Positions 23,050-33,000 of a stretch of DNA of 33,000 nucleotides are shown one piece after another. Numbering within the stretch: position 1 is the stretch's first letter; each line of letters opens with the position of its first letter. The notes beneath the pieces were generated by a model, which did no database searches, had not been told where the DNA came from, and saw only the letters and a program-made list of their open reading frames with translations. The position numbers and the translations under genes are program-made. Origin of the DNA: Octopus bimaculoides (Eukaryota); assembly GCF_001194135.2 (NCBI RefSeq), contig NC_068981.1, positions 172,130,162-172,163,161 of the forward strand. Reading direction: 5' to 3'.

Positions 23050-24412
23050 ACAATATCAGTTGAGTAACAGATTAATCAACTTCCACAAATGTTTGGTAGT
23101 TATTGTGTCAATAATGCGTTGAAGCTATGACTTCTGCATAGATTCTTAGACTGCGAGCAATTGTGGTCTTTTCTTGTTAAGTATCTTTTACCATAGCTCT
23201 TTTCTTTAAGTGGGTTACAATCTTAAGTCAAGCGTAGATCGAGAATAAACGGTCAGCCATCTACCGACTGTGCAAATCGGTCGATGAAACATCAGGTCTT
23301 GACTTTTTTAGAATGTTACTGGAAGGTTTAAATGCCGGTGTCCATAAGGATAATATAGTCACCGATGAGAACGTTCTGAATGACTTTTCTGGAGAACTTT
23401 CAGACTGGAAATTACGAACAATTTTCAAAATTCCTACTCGCATCTATTCAGTAAGTAATGACTGCTGACTTGTGGAATAATATTATGCAGTTGTCATTAC
23501 TTATAGAACGATTCCTATCTGTCTGAGTCTACTAAGGAGAAGTGAGAGTATATATCTTTCCTATGAAAAAAGTTATAGTAATATGAGGTACGTTAAAATG
23601 ACTAGAGACAGGGTCTTCCTCTCTGATTAAACCATCCTTAACTTCTTCAAGCACTTTTTGAACAGAAAAGTGTTGGTGAGAATGGCCAACTTGGTTTGGA
23701 TGAGATTATTAGCCCTTCAATTTCACCTGGGATTTTGAATGAAGACGGAGTATATATCCAAAGTCAAAGATGGTCATGGTTTTGCAGAGTCTTGATCATC
23801 TTTGTGGAATTATTTGCCACATTTGAAGACATTCCATGTTAGTTCTACATTAAACGTTAATTGAATATGTTTCAAACCTATACACATTTAGCAAGTGTCT
23901 TCATCTGAGATGTTGAAATCTAAACAGTCAAGTATTGAGATCAGTATACTCGAACAAACTTCTGAAATTGTGGTGAGTAGCAATGGTTGGCTGTACGACA
24001 TGTAAATCGTTTGTTTACCCCTCCATGTTATTTCTGCATTTTTCATATATTTTGCTGAATGGTTCACAAGTTTGTTTCACAATTATGTTATTCCGCGATC
24101 GGTCCTTATTCTCGACACCTTAGGCAAGTGTCATCAACATTAGCCTTGGATCGGCTGAAACTTTGTGGTTAAGATTAAGTATACAGAAGGTGTGCAGAAG
24201 CCCATCGGATGGACAACATCAATCCGATGAGAAATCCATCACGGTGTTCAACGCCATCTGGAACTTGTGTGCTTTTAGTGGTGAGGTCGATCTTGTCCCA
24301 ATGATATGGATGGACCAGTTCTCCTTTTTGAGGATAAGTGGATATCGTGAAGTGCTGCTCTGTTTCAACAATTCATCGGTGATGGTTTCTTCCTCTTCAG
24401 ACTAAACAGTAA

Positions 24413-24484
<72 letters not shown>

Positions 24485-24900
24485 GTGTGTGAGTGTGTGT
24501 GTGTGTGTGTGCGCGTGTGTGTGCATAGAAAAATTGTTACCAACTTCATGCTAACAATAAACTGGTGGACACTGAATAATAGATGTAAACCTCATTTTCT
24601 AGTCAACCGACATCTTTGCAAATTCGTTGAATTGCACCATTCTACCTGTCAATACACCTCATAGTAGCGTGAATTTTTGAAGCATTTCCATAAATTTGGA
24701 TGGCCATCAGTAAAAGAAAATTAAGCATTTGTTTCTCATCGGTGCCCAGAATCTTCCCAGCGACATCAATGCTTTTCCTCTCTATTTCTCCTCCCCCAAC
24801 ACACATCATCAATGAACATTCTATTGGCGCCTTTCTCCAGTTGCCATTAGACAAACCGCTAACAAGACAATAATACTTTTCAATGTGATATGTAATAGAT
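23050..24900 (-). mobile_element. Old RTE-type LINE, RT region remnant, interrupted by (TG)n at 24413-24520
   Basis: Minus fragments NGNWRKAP, SIDVAGKILG (equivalent to SLLSxAGKILAR), FSKIYEKCRNN (equivalent to RQLQEKCREQ), KMIKTL and FSPTLF. Confidence 0.5.
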
Positions 24901-26226
24901 TCGTTGTAATTCCTGTCATAGGAAAACCTCGGACATATATTAAATAGACATCATTTCAAATGCTTCTGTCGCTCAACTTAATTTCAGCTGTATCAAATGG
25001 AATGTAATGTATTCCTTGTACGGTTCCAAACGCCTCACTAATTGCATAGACACTTATTAAATAGTATTTTTCTCCTTCATCGTCTTCTCTGAAATTTTTT
25101 AATTTTTTTTTTTTGCTTTTATTCCTGTTTTTATTTGATATCCTTTCTTTTTCAGTCATTATTATTGTTGCAATTGGTGTTTTTGTTGTTGTTGTTGCTG
25201 TTGCAAATGATGTTGTTTCGTTCATATTGTTCAAAGTGTTCAAGGTCGTTCACTGCTTTTTTTTTTCTTCTTCTTGTTAACTGAAAACAGTAGCAGATAT
25301 TTGAATGTTGTTGCGTTCTAGAATATATCCAAGTTTTCTGTTCCCAAACAGAGAGAAATTCCAATGGGAGCGATTTTTTTCTTACTTACTGGTATCGCTA
25401 TCAAATAAAGCAGAGAAAAAAGGAGACAAAAACCGAGTGAACCAGTCACCTTTTATGTAATTTGTTTTAGAGTGGCAAGTGAAGAAATGCATGTATAGAG
25501 TTTTCTGGTAATGCTGCACTTGGCAAACACCCCAGTCAGAGACAAACCGTGTTTATTTCGTTAGGTACAAAAACAAAAATTGCAGAAAATGTTGCACTTA
25601 CAACAATAGACTTAATTGCAGTAATGTATGCGCAGTAGTAAGAATGACAACTGCACCAAGAACAGTATCAGTAGCAAAGATGAAATGACTGAATTCCCAC
25701 CAAAAGAACAATACCACATTAGCATCCATTAAAGCATGAAAATCATTTCAAAAATTTTGTCTATCATTCCACAGTGCATTACTTTAACATTCCTACAATA
25801 CACTGTCTTACCACAACTAAACCATTGCAGTTTCTCAAAATTCATATTCTTTATGATATTCCAGTAGAAGTAACGACATTAAATGCAAGCAGATAAAGGG
25901 CGCTTTACTAAGGGGTTCGACCTGCAAGAAAAAGCAGTCATATTCCCCTAAATCACACTACCACCCACCTTCTTTTAAAAAAAGATGAGATGTTCGTGAC
26001 TGGAATACATTTTATCTTAGTTCTGCTCAGTCACAGCAGACGTAGCTGTAAACAAAATAACAACAATATCAGTAGAAAGAATACTATATCGACAATTGTA
26101 AAAAGAAGACCAATGGCAGGGAATGTAACAGCAGAAGCCAAATCTACGTTAATAACAACAACAATAACAGCACCATGAACGTGTCATTCAACCATTTTAG
26201 TGAAAATACTGTTTTACCCAAAACTA

Positions 26227-26560
26227 ATCTCTAACCAAGCATTCTTATGATCAAAGGCGTTCCAGCCATGACCATTTAGTGTGTTGCTTTTTAGACGGCA
26301 GGCATGAAGATTTAACTGTTGCTTCTTACAGGTCAAGCGATCGCATAAAACCTTCCTCATTTGAATGCTAGTCTGAAAGGCATGAAGCGCACTTTAATTA
26401 TACACCACTTCTGCGAATTACTGTGGTAAATTACACCTTTTCTGCCTTGACTAATTTTCATCGAGATGTGAACAATTGAGATCTAAGTGCACCATCCAAG
26501 AACGCAATGGTGTGAAAAGGATTTTGGTCTGGTATAAAAAATGATATTTCATAACTACTC
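26227..26560 (+). repeat. Old interspersed repeat, copy 1 (copy 2 at about 27474-27830)
   Basis: Shared blocks aatctctaac, tatgaYcaaaggcgttccaRccatg, actttaatYataca, gYggtRaattacac, agatgtgaac and caagaac. Clearly homologous but well diverged. Confidence 0.7.
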
Positions 26561-27473
26561 TTATGACTAAAGCTTTAATTTTACAAATGGCCTGGAGTGA
26601 TAGCTCTCAGAAATTATCTTTTTTCATTTTCTCGTGTACAAATACGTTTGAAATTTTAAAGAAGGTTGTCATGTAACCAAACGTCGATAAATGCATAAAA
26701 CTATAGTTTGGCAACCAGAATTATAGGCCTCGATAAGAACGAGATGTAGGTCATGAAATTGCCAGGAGAAATCTCACTAATTAGTATAATGACATTTTCC
26801 ATAGATGGATATATTGACATTTCTTTTATAACCATACTTTTGTGGGTACGAAACAGATCAGGTCATCATCACTGTTAGATTCTAAATCTGAAAGTGCATT
26901 AAAGAGCTTGTTTTGTCGTTAAACGATCTCTCTTTTGTTGTTAAATAAATTTGTCCTAAAATTCGCAAAGGTCAAAGTTATTCCATACTAATCCAAATAC
27001 TGGGTATCCATTAATTTATAAACAAATTCACTCCATTGTTTTTAGCTGCTTCTTGCAGTTTGTGTATGTTTTCTAATGCACGAGTTGTTTTTGTTTTTTT
27101 CTCTGCAGGAAATAATTTTTTTGCTTTTACCTGGTAGAACTTTTATTTTAAGAAAAGTACTTGTCAAATCTCAGTAGTAGGTAACATTTCCATTGTTTGT
27201 CGAACCAATTTTGGAGCCTCTTTAATGAAACATGTTTCTGTTGTATCAACATAAAGTACTACTGGTACTACAGTACTTTGTTTTAAAAAAACACAATTGA
27301 GTAGTTTTGTTGCTATTTTGGAACCTCTAATCTGTCGAGTCTTTTTTTTTTTACCTCACACAAAACTTTAGTTTCATGAAAAATTTTTAGAAAGGAGTCA
27401 ACCGAAAGAAAACCATTCTTCTCAAGCTAACTCTGTGCGATAACTTGAGTACATTTGTTGTCTTGTCCCTAAT

Positions 27474-27830
27474 AATCTCTAACTGACCATATTTATGACC
27501 AAAGGCGTTCCAACCATGGTTATCCAGTATATTTTGCACTACATTAAGCAATAAGTCTCTCGTTTTCAAGACACTGGTTGTGTGATATAAAGATTAGGCT
27601 GTTGTTTCTAACAAGCCAAGTGACTACATAAAATCTCTTCAAATACAATTGTACAAGGCATGGAGTGTACTTTAATCATACAGTTTTCCTACAAATTGCT
27701 GCGGTGAATTACACTCTTTCTAACTTGATACTGTTTTTCATTTAGATGTGAACTTTCGAGAGTTAAGTGTATTTTACAAGAACACATCAATGATAAAAGG
27801 ATAAAATATGCCTTTTCTTTGATCATTCAG
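27474..27830 (+). repeat. Old interspersed repeat, copy 2
   Basis: See copy 1 at 26227-26560. Confidence 0.7.
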
Positions 27831-27989
27831 CCGAAATCTTATCTCAAATTTTCATCAATAATCTTGATAAACGTTACCTTCTCTTTGCGTTATCTGTTTT
27901 TCACTTTAGTTGTACGAGATTCTGAGAAGGTTTTTAAAGGATATATTGCTTCTCGCAATACAATAATCAAACAAACATTCAGTACTTCT

Positions 27990-28680
27990 AAAAGCACAAA
28001 ATAAGTTCACATCACCTATAATTTATGTATACAGTGATACAATGTAATATATACCAAATTCGATACGTTGGTGTAACTGTGTCAATTACTCGCACAGCTT
28101 TCCAATTTACTGAAACTGCGATAGTATTTGCTTGACACAGCATTCTGAGAGAAGCAGAAATTTAGATTATTTTACCAAAACAATGATGACAAAGTACACA
28201 TGGTCAAGTGTCATAATCTAAGTCAGCACATACATTGAAATAGCCAAAATAATTCATTTATCTTCATAAAATAATCTTACTGTAGTTAGAGTAAAACTAT
28301 TCTGTCATATCTTCAGAATTAGCCATAATGGAGACATCTACGTTTATTAGAATAGCATGACGTATAAGTGAAGAATTATTATCTTGTCAATAGTACCATG
28401 GAGAAGAGACTCTAAACAATGTCCAGTTGGCTGTTAGATTGACGTGTTTCATTATCGGGTTTCCTAATTCAATAGTGAATATAACCGCCTCCAACTTCTA
28501 AATAAGATTTGCCTGCAAGCCTTCCATCCATAAGAGCAGTGATGTCAATTTTGTAATTTTTTTTTAATATCCGGACAATTATAGATTTTCGTTCCAACGG
28601 GGAGTTGCTGTCAATCAATTCTCTTACTCTACAATGTCCAATTATTCGATTTGCTAGATTTTTGAAAATTGTTTTAACAT
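27990..28680 (-). mobile_element. Old RTE-type (BovB-like) LINE, APE endonuclease remnant
   Basis: Minus translation LERKSIIVRILKKNYKIDITALMDGRLAGKSYLEVGGGY (consensus ERRTALIARELARYNIDIAALSETRLA...E.GAGYTF), IMANSEDMTE*FY, and IILGYFN...HHCFGK (consensus ILGDFNA...HGVGK). Confidence 0.7.
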
Positions 28681-28869
28681 CCTCACTTGGAAAAGTTCTT
28701 TGACTGTTCTGAGTTTTTATATTGTTCTTCTTTAGGATTATATGTCGATGAGAATACTGTATGTAGGTGAGAAAACCAGTACAGTACTTAATATTAACTT
28801 ATCTATCATACACGAATCACAAGAATAGCGTACTTAATAAATATTTGGCCGTGGACTGGGAAAAACAAT

Positions 28870-29060
28870 AGTGCATCAAGCTAAATGCCTTATAATATTT
28901 GGTTTCTTCTCTCTGTGTTCTGAGTTCAAGTCATGCCAGGATGATTTTGAATTCATTCTGCTAAGGACGATAAAATGAATTCCAGTCACGCATTGAGGTA
29001 GATTTAATCGACTATACCTCACTCGCCTGCAAATGTGTGGCCTTTTACCAATGATAAATC
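28870..29060 (+). mobile_element. Old, diverged Meta-domain-like SINE
   Basis: tgttctgagttcaagtc...gacgataaaatgaattccagt...gatttaatcgact is colinear with the other SINE copies. Confidence 0.5.
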
Positions 29061-29179
29061 AATATTAAATACAAAACTGTTATCGCCCAGATATTGACTA
29101 TCTGTGCAATTTGGACCTGATAAAGAAATAACAGAAGAGCCTGGTGATAGACAGAGATAAGAGTAGTGTGTTGAGGGAG

Positions 29180-29182
<3 letters not shown>

Positions 29183-29266
<84 letters not shown>

Positions 29267-29280
29267 ATGTGTGTGTGTGT
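29183..29280. repeat. (TG)n microsatellite
   Basis: Direct reading. Similar (TG/CA)n tracts occur at 9740-9870, 24413-24520 and 29750-30000, and flank the gap at 16101-16496. Confidence 0.97.
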
Positions 29281-29964
29281 GCTGAATGGGAAGGAAGAAA
29301 TCAAATCTTATTCGCTTTCTTTACAAATGAAAAGTATAATTTATCATAAATTATCGAAAATGAAAGCATTTCGTGACACAGAGTTTAACATGCTCACCAT
29401 TAGAACATTCTAGTCACTATCAGATTAGTGCAAACAAGTAATCTTTAAAATTCTCTCTTTGGTCACAACTCCAATTCTCTACACATTTTCTGAAGTATGT
29501 TGAGAATACAGTGACTTTTTTTATTACATTTCGAAATAAATATTTTGCCTAGGTGTATTCTGCCCCCACCACACCACCTGTACAATTTTCATGATAATTT
29601 AATAACAGAAACTCGGTCTCTCGCGTTTAACACGTTTAAAGCAACTGCATACTTCTACGTAACATGTTAATATTCATTCTCATTCTAAACATTCTTTTTG
29701 AACTAAGAAAATCTCGAAACTCTCCTTTTTCACGCCACTAGGCTCACCACACACACTTACACACACACACACACATACACACACACACACACACACACCT
29801 TTACGAAGGCACTTTAATAACTTGAAACAAGACCGTAAACTCTGACGAGGGCCTTTCCGCTACCTTCAAACAACGCCCGCCTCTCTCTATCTCTTTCTCT
29901 CTCTCTCGTTCTCTCTTTTTCTCTTTCTCTCTCTCCTTGTCTTTCACTATGTGTGTGTGTAAGT

Positions 29965-30000
<36 letters not shown>

Positions 30001-30399
30001 NNNNNNNNNNNNNNNNNNNNNNNNNNNNNNNNNNNNNNNNNNNNNNNNNNNNNNNNNNNNNNNNNNNNNNNNNNNNNNNNNNNNNNNNNNNNNNNNNNNN
30101 NNNNNNNNNNNNNNNNNNNNNNNNNNNNNNNNNNNNNNNNNNNNNNNNNNNNNNNNNNNNNNNNNNNNNNNNNNNNNNNNNNNNNNNNNNNNNNNNNNNN
30201 NNNNNNNNNNNNNNNNNNNNNNNNNNNNNNNNNNNNNNNNNNNNNNNNNNNNNNNNNNNNNNNNNNNNNNNNNNNNNNNNNNNNNNNNNNNNNNNNNNNN
30301 NNNNNNNNNNNNNNNNNNNNNNNNNNNNNNNNNNNNNNNNNNNNNNNNNNNNNNNNNNNNNNNNNNNNNNNNNNNNNNNNNNNNNNNNNNNNNNNNNNN

Positions 30400-30764
30400 G
30401 GTACAAGACCAGCAAGTTCGGGGTAGGAGTTAAGTCGATTACATCGATCCCAGTATCCACTGGTACTTATTTTATTGACTCTGATTGGATGAAAAGCATT
30501 TGAATTCAGAACGTAAAGACGGACAAAATACCTATTTCTTTACTGCCCACAAGGGGCTACACACAGAGGGGACAAACAAGGACAGACAAACGGATTAAGT
30601 CGATTAAATCGGCCCCAGTGCGTAACTGGTACTTAATTTATCGACCCCGAAAGGATGAAAGGCAAAGTCGACCTCGGCGGAATTTGAACTCAGAACGCAG
30701 TGGCAGACAAAATACCGCTAAGCATTTTTCCGGCGTGCTAACGATTCTGCCAGCTCGCCGCCTT
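30400..30764 (-). mobile_element. Second composite SINE: older SINE containing the same young headless segment (30533-30705)
   Basis: One head and two cores. Inner 11-bp direct repeat gacaaaatacc (30522-30532 and 30706-30716). The insert differs from 21154-21328 at only 4 positions. Confidence 0.9.
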
Positions 30765-31600
30765 ACTCATATTCATTATATTCAGTCAACTTTGTTTCTC
30801 AGAAGGCTTAAGCAACTATGAAATATAAACAAGAGGCAAAGAAAACAAATAAATTCTAGGGGATTAAAAAAAAATCGACTCTGTGACAGTAACATGGACC
30901 TACCTGGGGAGAACAGAAGAGAATAGAAAACAACATTATTAATGTTGTTTTGAGTTCATGGTTGCTGGATTTACCTCAACAATTCTAAGAATTCAAAGCA
31001 TGATGCACCACATGCATTATCCTATCTGCTGCTGGGTAAGACTTCCCTTCGAGGTATCTTACTTAGTATTTACAATCATTGTAATAATGACGCGTAACAG
31101 CAAGAAACGGATGATAAAGCAATAATAGAGACTAGCAGCCAGCTGAGTTCATAAACACCGGGCTACCAGCCAAAATAATGGCAGATTATATCCTGTTTGT
31201 TGTTATGTACTGTGCCTGGAAAAGTCGATATTTAATTACACAACTGTAAACATGTATTGCAGGCTTGTATGATTCGCCTCTGCAAGAAACGGAAACATTG
31301 TACTTTCGTAACTCGAATTCAGGTTCACCTGACGATACGGCTCGAAGATTGGCGGGCCAAGATGATGTGTCCAAAAGTGTTCTCTCGTTATGCATATGAA
31401 CGCGGTAGTTGTATAAGATTACGAAACCTAAGTTATTAGGGCTTAATATAGTATGAGAAGTTACAAATCCCTGTAGTCGGGAATTAGCAAAGTTATATGC
31501 AGCCATAAAGTAGATGACAATTAGTTTAGACATATATAGTTATAAGTCACTTAAATTGCACAAGTTATAATAATAATTGAATAATTGTTTCGAATTTCCG

Positions 31601-31762
31601 CACAAGGCCAGCTGACTTAATCGAGCCCAGTTCTCGACGGGTACTTTATATAATCGATCTCGAAAAGGCGAATGGCAAAGTCGACCTCGGTTGAATTTGA
31701 ACGGGAAGATAAGTCGAGAAGCATTGTGTCTGATGCGCTAACGATTCCACCAGTTTGCCGTC
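31601..31762 (-). mobile_element. Older, shortened Meta-domain-like SINE without the nested insert
   Basis: ggcaaagtcgacctcgg.tgaatttgaac...gcgctaacgattccaccagtttgccg with a single core. Confidence 0.7.
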
Positions 31763-32334
31763 GTATTGAAACTATGATAATTAAAACTATATAGATTGAA
31801 TAACGCATCCGTAACCATAACAACATAAGTAAGTCGTTATTGTTTAAGGCTAGACAAATAGTAAAAACATTTGTAAAGCTTTCCATCTGCTGTCACTAAA
31901 GCTATCTTTTAATAACGAACAACTAATATATATTGAGATGTCGCGTTAAATATAGATATTTACATAATACAAGTCAACTTTTCGGATATTTTTCTTGCTA
32001 TTTTCTGTTCTTGTTGTCACCGTCGGTTTTGTCATTATGATTGTTGTTGCTGCTATTATAATTGCTGATGATGTTGTTGTTGATACTGTATATTTTGTTG
32101 CTTTTTTTATTCCCTTTAAAATTGCAAGCTTAAATCAGTGCACTTGGAACAAAACAATTTTTCCTTTCTTTTTCTTGTACAGACATCTCGACATATCGTC
32201 TTTTGCAATAACATGCTGCGTTTCAACTAAAAATGCGATAACAAATGCCACCACAAATGAAAAGAAAAAATAAGTGCACTGGCTTAGTAGAAACCGAATA
32301 ACAAGCTGGCCTAGATTGCATGCGTGCATACGTA

Positions 32335-32341
32335 AGTACAC

Positions 32342-32409
<68 letters not shown>

Positions 32410-32625
32410 GCATACATACATACACACACACACACATACATACGTACGTACGTACGTAGGCAGACAGGCAGACAGACAGACAGACACACAGACAGACAGA
32501 CAGACACACAGACAGACAGACACACAGACAGACACACACACAGACAAACAGACAGACAGACACACAGACAGACACACACACAGACAAACAGACAGACAGA
32601 CACACAGACACACAGACAGACAGAC

Positions 32626-32658
<33 letters not shown>

Positions 32659-33000
32659 CATACATACATACATACATACATACATACATACACACACACA
32701 CATACATACATACGTACGTACGTACATAGGCAGGCAGGCAGACAGACAGACAGACACACAGACAGACAGACACACAGACAGACAGACAGACAGATAGATA
32801 GATAGATAGATAGATAGATATACATACACACATACATACATGCATACATACATACATGCATACACACATACATACATACATACATACATGCATGCATGCA
32901 TACACACACATACATACATACATACATACATGCATGCATGCATACACACACATACATACATGCATGCATACATACATATATGCATGCATACATACATACA
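32335..33000. repeat. Compound microsatellite array (GATA, CATA, CA, CGTA, GGCA, GACA, CATG) running to the window end
   Basis: Direct reading; it explains the 228-284 aa low-complexity ORFs in the track. Confidence 0.97.

Noticed and set aside
26227-27830. Possible LTR pair enclosing an internal region
   Set aside because: The copies are too diverged and differ by indels, there are no TG...CA termini, PBS or TSD, and the sequence resembles a dispersed repeat family.
28736-28765. Plus-strand micro-exon candidate between ttctttag| and |gtgaga
   Set aside because: About 31 nt, with two alternative frames and no supporting context.
29820-29880. ctctgacgagggcc hammerhead-like box
   Set aside because: No GAAA box in a position that closes stem II and no stem I pairing.
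32135-32997. Long ORFs of 228-284 aa, and other poly-CV, poly-TH and X-containing ORFs in the track
   Set aside because: They are translations of stop-free microsatellites or N gaps.

Overview
AT-rich eukaryotic DNA, dense in repeats, with four N gaps (9600-9609, 15031-15198, 16101-16496, 30001-30399). The SINE families and microsatellite style strongly suggest an octopus (coleoid cephalopod) genome; this is recognition from memory, not a database result. No protein-coding gene can be called with confidence. Almost every ORF in the supplied track is a microsatellite, gap or transposon artefact, and only a few isolated exon-like segments remain. The window reads as intronic or intergenic DNA. 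It contains a full-length decayed mariner (3090-4354), a decayed CR1/L2-group LINE (about 7330-9320), an internally deleted Penelope-like element (about 14070-15030), an old RTE-type LINE split by later insertions (about 23050-28680), several hAT-like and TTAA (piggyBac-like) MITEs, and many tRNA-derived SINEs. Four structures stand out. (1) The same young 175-bp headless SINE segment sits at the identical position inside two different older SINE copies, which suggests SINE-into-SINE site targeting. (2) A 175-bp near-perfect palindrome is built from two head-to-head tRNA 3' halves. (3) A TTAA MITE carries a TATA-like box, an ATG mini-exon and a GTAAGT donor. (4) An inverted SINE cluster could form long dsRNA. 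Boundaries of decayed elements are approximate.
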